The notes below the pieces were generated by a model that was not told the origin of the DNA, did no database searches, and worked only from the letters and a program-made list of their open reading frames with translations. Source: an uncultured Candidatus Saccharibacteria bacterium (GTDB lineage Bacteria > Patescibacteriota > Saccharimonadia > Saccharimonadales > CAZARM01). From it: 64,000 bases of DNA. Below, one piece after another: positions 43,570 to 56,180 of this stretch (the stretch's first letter is position 1; the number at the start of each line of letters is the position of its first letter). Made by a program: the position numbers and the translations under genes. Location of the stretch: assembly GCA_964487615.1 (NCBI GenBank), contig CAZARM010000004.1, forward strand, positions 1,818-65,817, read 5' to 3'.

Positions 43570-46413
43570 ATGAGTGGCAGAACTATAAGCGGCGATAAAC
43601 TGAACCGTGCCCAAAGGCAGGCGGTTGCTATAGATCATGGGCCAGCACTTATACTGGCCGGGGCAGGCACGGGCAAAACGCGAGTTATCGTAGAGCGCAT
43701 CACCCGCTTACTTGGCAGTGGTACATTGCCCAGTCGTATATTGGCGCTTACCTTTACCGAAAAAGCTGCTGCTGAGATGCTCGATAGGGTGAATGATCAG
43801 AGTGGTAGCTACCATTTAGATTTGCCAATCATGACCTTTAACGCCTTCGGCGTAAGCATGTTGCGACGTTACGCCGCTGACATAGGCCTAGGCCGAAACT
43901 TCGGCCACATGGGTGATAGTGCGGTAATCGTTTTTATGCAGGAGCGATTGGATGCTATTGGTCTGGACTACTTTGCGCCTATTTCTCGTCCTCATACCCT
44001 GCTGGGCGATATCAGAGATTACTTCTCGCGTCTCAAACAGCAGGTAATAACGCCCGAGATCTATGCCTCGTTTGTCAAAAAAATGCCTGCTACTGACGAT
44101 GCCGAAAAACTGCAGAAAAAGAAGCACCAAGAACTAGAGAGAGCCTACGCCACCTACATTCGCCTCAGCCGGGAAGCCAACGTTATCGACTATGATGACC
44201 AAATTTACTTGCTGATTGAATTGCTTCTTAAGCGACCAAATGTCTTGAGTGAACTTCAAGCCGCCTACGATTTTGTAATGATTGACGAGTTTCAGGACAC
44301 CAACAAAATGCAGTCCATCTTGACCGATCTGCTCGTGGGGGAGAAACAAAACCTGTTTGTGGTCGGTGATGACGATCAGAGCATCTACGGCTGGCGCGGA
44401 GCAACACTGGCAAATATCTTGGAGTTTAAAGAACGCTACCCTCGTGTTCAAGAAGTTACGCTGACACAAAACTACCGCTCAACCTCCCAGATTTTAGACG
44501 CCGCCTACCGAATTATCCAGCACAATAACCCCTTCCGTTTAGAAACCCGTCTAGGCATCAACAAACAGCTGGTCTCCAAACGCCGCGGCCCCAAGCCTGT
44601 GGTACGCAGTTTTGACAGCCAGGAAGAGGAGCTGGCCTGGATCGCCAGCGATATTAAGCAAAGATTAACGGCCGGCGTGGCCCCAGCTGCGATAGCTATC
44701 CTGGCCCGTCGCAACACAACCGTCCAGCTGTTAGACAGTTATTTGAGTTTTGAGAAAATTGAGCATGTGGTTAGTGGTCAGCGCTACGAGCTCTACAGTG
44801 AGCCCATCGTTAGAATGATGCTGGAGGCATTACGGACCGTTGTGGACCCCACGGACAGCACCAGCTTGTATCACACCTTAACTGGCCCTTTATTCTCATT
44901 GCCAGCCACCGAGCTAGCCGTACTAGCTGCCGCAGCTCGCGGCCAACATGAGTCTCTGTATAACGCCCTAAAGGCTAGCCAGCACACAGCCGCTCGTCTG
45001 GCCCTCCAGATGATTGCCACCTGGCGCGACCATTCGACTAGTTTGAGCGTGGGGCAATTGAGCCTGGAAATGCTCGATAACAGCGGCTACAAAGAGCAGC
45101 TCTACAAAAAGGCCTTAGCAGACGCCACTTCTGATCAGGCAATTACCCGGCTAAGTGAGCTATTTAAGACCATGAAAGAGTTTGAGCAGATTGCTCTGGT
45201 GCCAAGCGCACTACAGTATGTCATGGCCTTGCCGGCATTGCAGGCGGCTGGCGACAGCAACGAGGACGCAGGCTTGGAGTTAAGCCGCTCGGCAGTGACC
45301 GTCACAACCATCCACAAAGCCAAGGGACTAGAGTGGCCCATAGTATACATCGCCGACTGTTCTGAGGGTTCGTTCCCGCTTCGAGAGAATCCCCGCGGCA
45401 TCGCCTTGCCTGAGGGCTTAGTCAATAGTCAGCAATCCGAGGCTGATAGTCACTTGGCCGAAGAAAGACGGCTGATGTACGTAGCCATGACTAGGGCAGG
45501 TAATGAACTGGTTTTGACCCATGCCGCACGGCACAGGGGCAACAGCGTCCGCAAACCTTCTCGCTTCTTGAGTGAAGCTTTTGACCCCAAAACATTTCAA
45601 CTCTCCACCGTGTTGGCTTCAGCGCCTAGACAACTCGATCAGTTTGAGCCACTTCCGCCCCAGGCTGTCACCTTGCCACTTAAAATGTTCGACGGCACAA
45701 CTCTGACGCTAACGGTTAGCCAGGCCCAGAAGTATTTGGACTGTCCGCTAGACTTTTACTACCGCTACGTACTACAAGTTCCTCAGCCATCTTCAGTAGC
45801 CCTAGAGTACGGATCGCTACTACATAGCCTGCTCGAGACGTTGAACCGGAGTTTGCTTGCCGGAAAACTCACACCTTACGGCGTACTTGAGACACAATTG
45901 CAGCGTGACTGGCCACGTAGCGGCTTTCTATCCAGTGGCCACCGAGACCGAGCCTGGGCTCAAGCAACCAAAACGCTGCGCAATCTTTACGAAAGGGTTG
46001 AGCATTCACCACGCGTACCGCTATTGGTGGAAGAAGCTTTTTGTGTGAACCTACCCGAACAACACTTAAAGTTAAAGGGGCGGTTTGACGCTGTTTTCCC
46101 TGTGCCTAAGGGTGTTGAGATAGTTGACTATAAGACGTCTGCTTCTGTAGACACCCCCGAAAAAGCTAAGCGCCGAGCCTCGGCTAGCCAGCAATTGACG
46201 CTCTACGCTCTGGCTTGGCAGGTGCAACACGACGAGTTACCAGCACTTGTAACGTTGGATTTTGTAGACACGGACATGCGCGGCAGCTTGCGGAAAACTC
46301 CAGCCGGAATTGACGCCATGCGTGGCCGTTTGAAGAAACTGACTAGCGGCCTCCGCGCTCGGGAGTTCAACCCAGGTACCGACCACCTGTTCTGTATACA
46401 TCCCCCTCTTTAG
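43570..46413 (+). CDS. UvrD/PcrA-type SF1 helicase with a C-terminal RecB-like PD-(D/E)xK nuclease domain
   Basis: AGAGTGKT, MIDEFQDTN, GDDDQSIYGWRGA, QNYRS, TIHKAKGLEWP, MYVAMTRA. C-terminus GRFDAVF...EIVDYKTS...QLTLYAL. Confidence 0.88.
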   Translation: MSGRTISGDKLNRAQRQAVAIDHGPALILAGAGTGKTRVIVERITRLLGSGTLPSRILALTFTEKAAAEMLDRVNDQSGSYHLDLPIMTFNAFGVSMLRRYAADIGLGRNFGHMGDSAVIVFMQERLDAIGLDYFAPISRPHTLLGDIRDYFSRLKQQVITPEIYASFVKKMPATDDAEKLQKKKHQELERAYATYIRLSREANVIDYDDQIYLLIELLLKRPNVLSELQAAYDFVMIDEFQDTNKMQSILTDLLVGEKQNLFVVGDDDQSIYGWRGATLANILEFKERYPRVQEVTLTQNYRSTSQILDAAYRIIQHNNPFRLETRLGINKQLVSKRRGPKPVVRSFDSQEEELAWIASDIKQRLTAGVAPAAIAILARRNTTVQLLDSYLSFEKIEHVVSGQRYELYSEPIVRMMLEALRTVVDPTDSTSLYHTLTGPLFSLPATELAVLAAAARGQHESLYNALKASQHTAARLALQMIATWRDHSTSLSVGQLSLEMLDNSGYKEQLYKKALADATSDQAITRLSELFKTMKEFEQIALVPSALQYVMALPALQAAGDSNEDAGLELSRSAVTVTTIHKAKGLEWPIVYIADCSEGSFPLRENPRGIALPEGLVNSQQSEADSHLAEERRLMYVAMTRAGNELVLTHAARHRGNSVRKPSRFLSEAFDPKTFQLSTVLASAPRQLDQFEPLPPQAVTLPLKMFDGTTLTLTVSQAQKYLDCPLDFYYRYVLQVPQPSSVALEYGSLLHSLLETLNRSLLAGKLTPYGVLETQLQRDWPRSGFLSSGHRDRAWAQATKTLRNLYERVEHSPRVPLLVEEAFCVNLPEQHLKLKGRFDAVFPVPKGVEIVDYKTSASVDTPEKAKRRASASQQLTLYALAWQVQHDELPALVTLDFVDTDMRGSLRKTPAGIDAMRGRLKKLTSGLRAREFNPGTDHLFCIHPPL

Positions 46414-46425
46414 GAGATGGAAAAC

Positions 46426-46504
46426 AGAGTTCAGAGATCAGTTCAAAACAATTCTGGCCTAAGCTCTGTGGCCCCTGAATTACGACTTCTGACCTCTGAA
46501 CTCT
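46426..46504. repeat. 11-bp inverted repeat AGAGTTCAGAG / CTCTGAACTCT separated by 57 nt
   Basis: Read directly in the helicase-to-membrane-gene intergenic region. Confidence 0.85.
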
Positions 46505-46536
46505 AAACTCAGGGCCCTATATGATATGATCAGTTC

Positions 46537-47340
46537 ATGAATACAACATCAATTACCACTGAAACTCAAACAACCAAAATCAATACCAACCCCTTTAGCC
46601 GAGCCTTTAGCGGCCTAGACCAGTTATTTAAGTACAATCAGACGATGGCCATTATCTTGCTGGTCTTCAGTCTGGTTTCTGGCATAGGGCAGTTCGCAAA
46701 CAATCTCATGTCTTCCGGCTCAAGTAGCACGTCTAACACGACGTCGCTACCCTCAGATATAAACTGGGCGGCTGCGGCCGTTATAATCATACCGATTGCC
46801 CTGATCGTTCTGTTAGCCGGCTGTGTCATTGCGACCTACGTCAACGGGATAACTAATTATGTGGCTTGGAAAACAAGCCGCAAACAGACAACCACCTTCG
46901 GTGAAGCAATTCGGGAGGTCACTAATCGTTTTTGGACAATATTCGCCGTACAGATACTGGTGTTCTTCCGCGTCTTCGGCGGTTTGTTACTGTTCATCGT
47001 GCCTGGGATTAGAGCCGGACTCCGCTATCAAATGGTCCTTTTCCCTGTGTTTGATGAGGGCCTAAACGCTTCTCATGCCATAGCTCGTATCAAGGAGCTT
47101 ACTAAGAACCATCTAATAGAAATCTTTGGCCTCATGACAGCAGCCGGCATAATTCCGATTATTGGACCCTTGTTGCAGTGGGGCGGCGAAGCCGTCATGT
47201 ACCCCGAGCTTAAGCAAATGCACGCTGAAGGATTGAAGCCAAAAGTCCACTGGTTGAACTACATAGGGCTAGTGATTGTAGGTTTTATCTTTCTTCTAGT
47301 AGCTAGCGTAATCGCCCTTCTTGCAGCCAACCACGGCTAA
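46537..47340 (+). CDS. Polytopic membrane protein (DUF975/UPF0259-like layout)
   Basis: 267 aa, 5-6 TM. The FGEAIREVTNRFW...VPGIRAGLRY region resembles that family. Confidence 0.5.
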   Translation: MNTTSITTETQTTKINTNPFSRAFSGLDQLFKYNQTMAIILLVFSLVSGIGQFANNLMSSGSSSTSNTTSLPSDINWAAAAVIIIPIALIVLLAGCVIATYVNGITNYVAWKTSRKQTTTFGEAIREVTNRFWTIFAVQILVFFRVFGGLLLFIVPGIRAGLRYQMVLFPVFDEGLNASHAIARIKELTKNHLIEIFGLMTAAGIIPIIGPLLQWGGEAVMYPELKQMHAEGLKPKVHWLNYIGLVIVGFIFLLVASVIALLAANHG

Positions 47341-47396
47341 CATGCAAAGTCCTTCACGTTAAGGGGAGGGACTTTAACTTGGTGTTTGGATAACTT

Positions 47397-48092
47397 TTAG
47401 CGTTTGGTTGTTTTGCGGCCAGTTTTTTTGGGCGTGCTTTTGCGCGCAGATGTAGCTTTCGCGGAAGATGTACGGGCACGTACAGGGCGGTCAACAAAAA
47501 CTAATCCGTAGAAACTCATACCCGCGACCGCACCCAAGACTGGACCGACGGCATAGGCCCATGACCAGGATTGGACTCCCAGAGCAACTGCAGGATTTAG
47601 TACGCCGTTTGAAGCAAAAGATGCCATCAATATCCCCAGGAACAGTGCTAGGCCGACAGTCACGGCGAACTGTGCAGGAGGGTAGGCCCGCTTAGTTGCT
47701 ACTGCTACGCCAATACCTAGCACGAACGTACCCAGCACTTCGGCTATCAGTATTCGCCAGTCAAACGACGCTCCAGCAATATTCTTGATCGAAGTGTGCA
47801 GCAAGTACTCGGCCAGCTTCCAGGCGGCTAAACCACCAAGCATCTGGGCAGCGATCATGACCATGGCTTGAGTGGTCTGTACTTTGCGCATCGTCCAGCG
47901 CCCAATCGTAACCGCCGGGTTACTATCGGCACCAAACAAGTAAGCCATGGTGCCTACAGCCACGGCTGCCGCAACCGCCGCGAAGAACGGAAAACTAGTC
48001 CGTCCTATCATAGACAGAACTACAATTGATAAAGTTGCGGCGCCTAGAAACTCACCTACTATCAGAGCCACTTTCTGTCGTCCAAACATCAA
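47397..48092 (-). CDS. MIP-family channel (aquaporin/glycerol facilitator)
   Basis: Two NPA boxes (SNPAVTIG, LNPAVALG) and six TM. Confidence 0.87.
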   Translation of the reverse strand: MMFGRQKVALIVGEFLGAATLSIVVLSMIGRTSFPFFAAVAAAVAVGTMAYLFGADSNPAVTIGRWTMRKVQTTQAMVMIAAQMLGGLAAWKLAEYLLHTSIKNIAGASFDWRILIAEVLGTFVLGIGVAVATKRAYPPAQFAVTVGLALFLGILMASFASNGVLNPAVALGVQSWSWAYAVGPVLGAVAGMSFYGLVFVDRPVRARTSSAKATSARKSTPKKTGRKTTKR

Positions 48093-48154
48093 TCCCTCCT
48101 TAAAAACCTATGATCGCATGGTATAAGCTTTTTGCAGTTTTGCCAAGCAAATGC

Positions 48155-48566
48155 TTATTTTCTACTACGTCTGCGCAAGCCAGCTACTTTGAGCCGCACA
48201 TTAGAACGGTCAATTAAGCTCTGGGCGTGATCCAGGGAAATCTGGTCTTTGGCCTCACTTCGCAACTGTCTAGCTCGCTCCAATGCTTTTTCAATTTCTT
48301 TCTCGTTAATTTCTTCGGCCGCGTCGGCTTCGTTTACTAGTATGCGCACCGTGTTATCCAAAACTTCAATCACCCCGCCATTGGTTGCAAAATGTTCCAG
48401 CATATCGTCACTATGATTCTGCTTACGTCGGATGCTGATGACACCTGGCACGGCCAGACTAACCAGCGGTGCATGGTTTTCAAACACCGCAATGTAGCCG
48501 TCAGCACTAGGTAGAATAGCTTCATAGATTTCTTCGCTAAACTTTGTACCATCCAGGGTTACTAGC

Positions 48567-48580
<14 letters not shown>
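48155..48580 (-). CDS. atpC: F1 ATP synthase subunit epsilon
   Basis: N-terminal beta-sandwich pattern LELVTLDGTKF...GYIAVFENHAPLV, helical C-terminus, operon position. Confidence 0.88.
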
Positions 48581-50471
<1,891 letters not shown>

Positions 50472-50475
<4 letters not shown>

Positions 50476-51338
50476 TTCATGGCCTCCGCGCCGCCGGTTA
50501 TTTCTGCCAGCTCCTGGGTAATCGCAGCTTGGCGAGCAGTGTTGAAAGCCAATGTTAGATCATCTACCAATCCTGTTGCGTTGTCTGTGGCGTTTTTCAT
50601 GGCCATCATACGCATTGATTGCTCGGAAGCTTGTGATTCGCTAAAAGCTTGGTTTAATTGAACTTCAATTAGGCGTTCGGTGACTTGTTCTAGCAGTTCT
50701 CGTGGAGAAGGTTCGATAATAGCTAGGTCCAAGTCTGGATCAAGCTTCACTTCGTGAAACACTGCTGGCAAGAGTCGTTCGGTTTTAACCTGCTGATTAA
50801 TGCTAGAAATGTAGTCGGTATAGGTGACATCTACGGCATCGGTGGTTCTGCGTCTATACTGCTCAACGATTGTCTCGAGTATTGGCCGAATGTCATTGGC
50901 CGTAGCGTGCTCCGGAAAGTCTGTGTAAGCCGCCAGAACTTCAACCCCTTGCAAACGGGGTATTATCCTTGACGCTTGCTTGCCAACCAAAATGACCGTA
51001 CTTGTTATGCCGGTAGCCTGGTCGTTTTTGAGTTCCGTCGTGAATTGGCGCAGGGCATTGCTGTTATAGGCACCCGCCAATCCACGGTCGCTCGTTATTA
51101 GGATATGCAGGCGCCGCGTTATATTGCGCTGGCGATACAATGGGTGATGTTTCACATCTGTGACTTCACTGAGGCGTGTCAGAATCTGGCGTGCCAAGTT
51201 GCGGAAATTTCGGGATCGCAGAGCCGCTTCTTGGGCCCGGCGCATTTTGCTAGCAGAAACCAGCTCCATAGCCTTAGTAATCTGCCGGGTGTTTTTGACC
51301 GACTGAATGCGACGTTTTAACGCGATGGTATTAGCCAT
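50472..51338 (-). CDS. atpG: F1 ATP synthase subunit gamma
   Basis: N-terminus LKRRIQSVKNTRQITKAMELVSASKMRRAQ and C-terminus ITQELAEITGGAEA. Confidence 0.93.
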
Positions 51339-51386
51339 GAGCGAACTCCGTTTGCTGAATCAAGAATTTGGGATCAAGAACCATCA

Positions 51387-52937
51387 TCAGGCCTTGTCTT
51401 TCGCAGTTTTTGGTTCGTATTGCTTGGCTATGCGCTTGGCGGTGTCTAAAATCAGCTTCTGAGTTTTGTCGTCGGCTTTGTCGCCCTTATTCAAGTTATC
51501 CATGTCTTTGCGGTGGGCGCTGTGAAGTTCGGACAAGAGTGCTGCTTGGGCATGTTTGATTTGGTTCAGCGGTATGGCGTCAAGGGCGCCTTCTGTAGCG
51601 GCCATCAATAGCGCTGTTTGTTCCCAAACACCTAGTGGGGAGTACTGCGGCTGTTTGAGTAGTTCTGTCAGACGTTGACCGCGCTCAATGCGCTGCTTGG
51701 TTTCTGCGTCTAGATCAGTAGAGAACTGCGCAAAGGCCGCTAGTTCGCGGAACTGCGCTAGGGATAGACGTAAGTTTCCAGCCACACTCTTCACGGCTTT
51801 GGTTTGGGCAGAACCACCAACACGCGACACACTGAGACCAACCGATATCGCTGGTCGAATACCCTGGTAGAACAGGTTGGTTTCCATAAATATCTGGCCG
51901 TCAGTAATAGAAATCACATTGGTCGGGATATAGGCGCTGATATCACCGGCTTGGGTTTCGATAATCGGCAGAGCCGTTAGGCTACCCGCTCCGTTATCAT
52001 CAGACAATTTAGCGGCGCGTTCCAGCAAACGAGAGTGCAGATAGAAGACATCACCAGGGTAAGCCTCACGGCCGGGCGGGCGACGCAATAGTAGGGACAT
52101 CTGGCGGTAAGCGGCCGCATGCTTAGTCAGATCGTCATAAATGATCAGAGCATGCTGTTTGGAGTCACGGAAGTATTCGCCCATGCTAGTTGCAGCATAG
52201 GGAGCCAAGTATTGCAGTGAAGCTGGATCGGCGGCCGAAGTGGCCACCACAATGGTCTGGTCCATAACGCCTTCACGCTTCAATCGCTCTATAAGTCGAG
52301 CGGTTTTGCTAGATTTTTGACCAATCGCTACGTAGATGTTGATAACACCGGTGGCTTGCTTGTGCTGGTTGATCATGGTGTCCACGGCTACAGCAGTTTT
52401 GCCAGTTTGACGATCACCGATGATAAGCTCGCGCTGACCACGACCAATTGGCACCATGGCGTCAATGGCGAGCAGTCCAGTCATCAGCGGTTCGTGGACG
52501 CTTTTGCGGTCTAGCACGCCGGGGGCAGGGCGCTCTACGGGACTCTTGTGAGAAGCTTTGATTGGGCCTTTGTCATCCAATGGTTCACCAAGCGGGTTAA
52601 CTACTCGTCCGACAAGCTCAGGACCTACTGGAACTTCAAGAATACGACCGGTTAATTTAGCATTAGCACCGGCTTTGACGCGTCGTTCGTCGCCCAGCAG
52701 CACTGCGCCAATCTCTTCTTCACCCAGGTTCAGGGCAAAGGCCGTGACCGTTCCGCCGTTCACAGTTTCAATATCAATCATTTCGTTATAACCAGCGTTG
52801 CGCAGGCCATAGATCCAGGCCACTCCATCGCCAATTCGCGTAATAATGCCAGCTTCCTCAATACTTGGCCGGGTTTTGAGTTCCTCGATCGCAGCGCGTA
52901 TGTCAGAACTTAGCTCTTTAACGGAAATTTCAGTCAT
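51387..52937 (-). CDS. atpA: F1 ATP synthase subunit alpha
   Basis: [12 protein letters not shown]-loop, [40 protein letters not shown]. Confidence 0.97.
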   Translation of the reverse strand: MTEISVKELSSDIRAAIEELKTRPSIEEAGIITRIGDGVAWIYGLRNAGYNEMIDIETVNGGTVTAFALNLGEEEIGAVLLGDERRVKAGANAKLTGRILEVPVGPELVGRVVNPLGEPLDDKGPIKASHKSPVERPAPGVLDRKSVHEPLMTGLLAIDAMVPIGRGQRELIIGDRQTGKTAVAVDTMINQHKQATGVINIYVAIGQKSSKTARLIERLKREGVMDQTIVVATSAADPASLQYLAPYAATSMGEYFRDSKQHALIIYDDLTKHAAAYRQMSLLLRRPPGREAYPGDVFYLHSRLLERAAKLSDDNGAGSLTALPIIETQAGDISAYIPTNVISITDGQIFMETNLFYQGIRPAISVGLSVSRVGGSAQTKAVKSVAGNLRLSLAQFRELAAFAQFSTDLDAETKQRIERGQRLTELLKQPQYSPLGVWEQTALLMAATEGALDAIPLNQIKHAQAALLSELHSAHRKDMDNLNKGDKADDKTQKLILDTAKRIAKQYEPKTAKDKA

Positions 52938-52940
52938 TCC

Positions 52941-53318
52941 TTAGGATCCTCTCTTTAACTTCTGAAGTCGTGCTTGCACACTAAAGTCAGCTACTTTATC
53001 AAGCGCTCGTAATCGTACGCCGCCCAAAGCATCTTCATCCAGCTCTTCATGGACCAACTTGGTTTTGGCGTCAAACAAGGACTCGATTTGCCGCTTGGCT
53101 TCCGGGCTCAAGGACCGGGCTGCATAGGCCGTGATTTCTAGTGCTCCGTCGGCATGATAGCGAAACTCTTCCAGGCCGCGCATAAGCGTGCCTAACTCTA
53201 CCGTCCGCCGTTCCGCAATTAAGTATGCAGCAATGGCCTGAGCCGTACGTTTCTGGTTGGAGCTACGATCCAGCAACTCTGCTACTGCTTGAATAAGTTG
53301 TTTACGGTTGGCGGCCAT
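52941..53318 (-). CDS. atpH: ATP synthase subunit delta (OSCP), unusually short
   Basis: Operon position and C-terminal pattern LGGVRLRALDKVADFSVQARLQKL. Only 125 aa, against 177 aa in E. coli. Confidence 0.65.
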   Translation of the reverse strand: MAANRKQLIQAVAELLDRSSNQKRTAQAIAAYLIAERRTVELGTLMRGLEEFRYHADGALEITAYAARSLSPEAKRQIESLFDAKTKLVHEELDEDALGGVRLRALDKVADFSVQARLQKLKRGS

Positions 53319-53866
53319 TAGTGTTTAGCTCCGCTTAGTGCTCGTTTAATCAAGGCGTCGTCTTTCTGGGCATTGAGCTTTTCACCAATGATAATCTCTG
53401 TAGCGTCGGCCACGAGGCCGCGCATGTCACCCACCAGCTCATTCTTGGCTTTGTTCATGTCTTCCTCGATTTTCAGGTGCGCATCAGCCAGCATGGTATC
53501 AACTTTTTGAGCTGCCGAAGCTTCGGCAGCTTTTAATACTTCACCGGCTTCCTGGTGAGCCTCGCTTATAATTTGATCAGCCTGAACGCGCGTTTTGCGC
53601 AACGACGCATCTATCCGTTCCTCCAGCTTTTCTTGCTCCTCCTGCATCTTGAGTCCGAGCTTAACCCCATCATCGATTGTCTTACGACGCTTTTCTAGCG
53701 TATCGACGATACCTTGCAATGCAAACTTCTTGATAATGAAAAACAGGGCAAGGAAGGTGACAGCCTGCGCCAGTATAGCCAGGGGATCAATGCCCAAAGC
53801 CGCAATACCACCGGATTCTTCAGGAGCTCCGGTAGTTGCTAGTACTGTCAGTAGTGCTGTCACCAT
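53318..53866 (-). CDS. atpF: Fo ATP synthase subunit b
   Basis: Single N-terminal TM followed by a long charged helix. Operon position. Confidence 0.8.
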   Translation of the reverse strand: MVTALLTVLATTGAPEESGGIAALGIDPLAILAQAVTFLALFFIIKKFALQGIVDTLEKRRKTIDDGVKLGLKMQEEQEKLEERIDASLRKTRVQADQIISEAHQEAGEVLKAAEASAAQKVDTMLADAHLKIEEDMNKAKNELVGDMRGLVADATEIIIGEKLNAQKDDALIKRALSGAKH

Positions 53867-53884
53867 ATTTCCTTTAATCTCCCG

Positions 53885-54124
53885 TTACTTCAGCAAGAAT
53901 GCACCTAGCAGGAACGCTAGTAGTGCAGTTACTTCGATCATCGCCGCGATGATGATGATCTGACTGGCGGCTTTACCGGCTTCTGGGTTGCGGCCCAGAG
54001 CCTTCATGTAGTTCGAGCCAACTAGGCCCAAACCGATTGCGGCAGCGCCAAAAGCAGCCCCTAGCATAATCCCTTTAGAGATTGCTAGTGATGATTCCGC
54101 GTCCGCGAGTAGTAAGTGAACCAT
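53885..54124 (-). CDS. atpE: Fo ATP synthase subunit c
   Basis: Two-TM hairpin, RNPE loop and a carboxylate in AAMIEVTAL. Confidence 0.9.
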   Translation of the reverse strand: MVHLLLADAESSLAISKGIMLGAAFGAAAIGLGLVGSNYMKALGRNPEAGKAASQIIIIAAMIEVTALLAFLLGAFLLK

Positions 54125-54153
54125 TTATATATTCTCCTTCTTTTAATTAACCC

Positions 54154-54999
54154 TTAACCACCAAGACCCGTCGCTGGTTCATTAGACGTATCGGGGGAGT
54201 GGTGGTCATCATCATGGTCGGCGTGGGCAATCGCCAGCCCCAGGTAGGTGCCTGCCAGCACCGTGAACACATATGCCTGTATGAACGCCACGAGGGCTTC
54301 AAAGGCAAATATCGGTAGAACGACAAACGGGGTTCGGCCTCGGCTCAGAACCATACTAGTGAATACTACAATCAAGATTTCACCTACAGCAGTGTTTAGA
54401 AAAAGCCGCAGACTGAGGCTTAGTATACGAGTAAACTCGCCAAACACTTCCAGCAGTCCAATAAAGAAATTGATCGGGCTAAACGGCTTGTCTGAGAAGT
54501 AATGTTGAGCATGGCGCTTGATACCTTGCTCCCGGATGCTTAGGTATTGGACCATCAAAATGGCAATGACCGCTAGGGCGATAGTGCCGTTAAGGTCAGC
54601 TGTAAAAGGTCGAAACAACGGGTTATGAGCATTCTGGGCTCCGCTATGGTACAGGCCTTCGCCTACCCAGGGGACAAGTTCCAGTAAGTTTGAAGCGATG
54701 ATGAAAATAAAATACACCCCAAAAATTGGAGTGAAGCGGGCAGCGGTTTCACGGCTGCCAAACGGGGCCTCGAGCAAATTCATGACAAATTCCACCACGT
54801 ACTCGGCGCCGTTGGCTAGCAAACCTTTTTTAGGTCGCAGCTCGACGCGTCGGCTGCCAATAATAAATACTAGAGCAATAAGTATCGAGCACAAAGCTCC
54901 GTAGAGAATAGAGTTAGTTACCTTAAGCGGCCCTAAGCGGAACAATTCTTCGGCTTTAAGGCTAATGTGGATATCGGCGGCAGCAAGAAAAGAGGTCAC
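54154..54999 (-). CDS. atpB: Fo ATP synthase subunit a
   Basis: Essential Arg region LSLSLRLFLNTAVGE. GTG start. Operon position. Confidence 0.9.
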   Translation of the reverse strand: MTSFLAAADIHISLKAEELFRLGPLKVTNSILYGALCSILIALVFIIGSRRVELRPKKGLLANGAEYVVEFVMNLLEAPFGSRETAARFTPIFGVYFIFIIASNLLELVPWVGEGLYHSGAQNAHNPLFRPFTADLNGTIALAVIAILMVQYLSIREQGIKRHAQHYFSDKPFSPINFFIGLLEVFGEFTRILSLSLRLFLNTAVGEILIVVFTSMVLSRGRTPFVVLPIFAFEALVAFIQAYVFTVLAGTYLGLAIAHADHDDDHHSPDTSNEPATGLGG

Positions 55000-55091
55000 T
55001 ACAGCAGTACTCCGGGGTGTGGTTTACCTCTCCGCATGGGTGTTAGTATAACAGAGGGGGGTGATCTGTTGCAAGACTTCAGTTAGACTGA

Positions 55092-55757
55092 TTATTGGCT
55101 TAGACTGACGGCGTGTTTGAGGCGGGTGGTGAATGTTGCTGGTTCACTGCCGCTGCAGGTGCTGGGGTCATTGTGAGCATTGAACTCTTTGGCGTCTTTG
55201 GGGATTTGGTCGTAGCGAGATTGCAGGACAGTTTGGTCGTCGTTACCATAATCAATTAGGAGAGTATCCTCGGAACGTATAGTGGTGTTAGCCACGCCGT
55301 CTACCAGCTTGCCATTCAGTACAAAGTGCAGACTACCTCCAGTCCCGTCTACAAAAGTTCCATCGTCGGTTTTGAGTATCCCATTGCCAAGAGTATAGCC
55401 CAGGTTGGCGAACAAGTGACCCCAAGTGACGCCAGCGTCATGCACATGAATAACCGACGGATTGTTGTCGTGCAAGTGTACGCGTATCTTCGGATCGTTC
55501 ACTTGGTCCGAACCACAACTTTGCACTTCTTCGTAGAATGTAAAATTATCAAACATGTCACGTTTGCCATTTACATACAACGCAAAATTAGCATGGTAGT
55601 GCACATTGTCATCTTTGAACAACACAAAGCGGGCGGTAGTTAGCCACAAGGCGCCAATCAAGAACCCGGTCGCAACGCTTAGCAGAATTCGTTTATTCAT
55701 ATTTCTACAGTATACCAATGATAGAATGGGAGCATGCATTTGTTTTATTTTGCCCAT
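55092..55757 (-). CDS. Membrane-anchored hypothetical protein
   Basis: Probable start MNKRILL (55700). One TM followed by a His-rich extracytoplasmic domain. Confidence 0.55.
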   Translation of the reverse strand: MGKIKQMHAPILSLVYCRNMNKRILLSVATGFLIGALWLTTARFVLFKDDNVHYHANFALYVNGKRDMFDNFTFYEEVQSCGSDQVNDPKIRVHLHDNNPSVIHVHDAGVTWGHLFANLGYTLGNGILKTDDGTFVDGTGGSLHFVLNGKLVDGVANTTIRSEDTLLIDYGNDDQTVLQSRYDQIPKDAKEFNAHNDPSTCSGSEPATFTTRLKHAVSLSQ

Positions 55758-55874
55758 GACGCTCCCGTGAACGACACCAACAACTGGCCAGTGTTCCTCG
55801 GCATTACCGTCTTGGCTAGCTTGGCCGTATTAGGTGCCGCTCATTTACTCAGCCGTGTTAGGGTAAAGAAATGA
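55734..55874 (+). CDS. Possible 46-aa single-TM protein coupled to the glutaredoxin gene
   Basis: ATG 55734, MHLFYFAHDAPVNDTNNWPVFLGITVLASLAVLGAAHLLSRVRVKK. ATGA overlap with the next start. Below the track cutoff and with a weak SD. Confidence 0.3.
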   Translation: MHLFYFAHDAPVNDTNNWPVFLGITVLASLAVLGAAHLLSRVRVKK

Positions 55875-56110
55875 TCAAAGTTTATTCCACCACCTGGTGT
55901 GCGTTCTGTCACGCCGCCAAACAGTACTTTGACAAGCTAGGTGTTAAATACGAAGACGTCAATGTCGAAACAGACATGGCAGCGGCCAACGAAATGGTCC
56001 AAAAATCCGGCCAGATGGGCGTACCAGTTATCGACATCGATGGTGACATCGTGGTTGGCTTTGACCGCAACACGATTGACCATCTTCTGAAACAGAAAAA
56101 GCTGATCTAG
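55871..56110 (+). CDS. Glutaredoxin/NrdH-like redoxin
   Basis: 79 aa, active site WCAFC, GVPVIDIDG motif. Confidence 0.8.
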   Translation: MIKVYSTTWCAFCHAAKQYFDKLGVKYEDVNVETDMAAANEMVQKSGQMGVPVIDIDGDIVVGFDRNTIDHLLKQKKLI

Positions 56111-56180
56111 CGCTACCCATAGCGCTTGGTATTGAATTCCGTACACTAGACCCATATACTAGGGCTAAGGGGGAATCATT

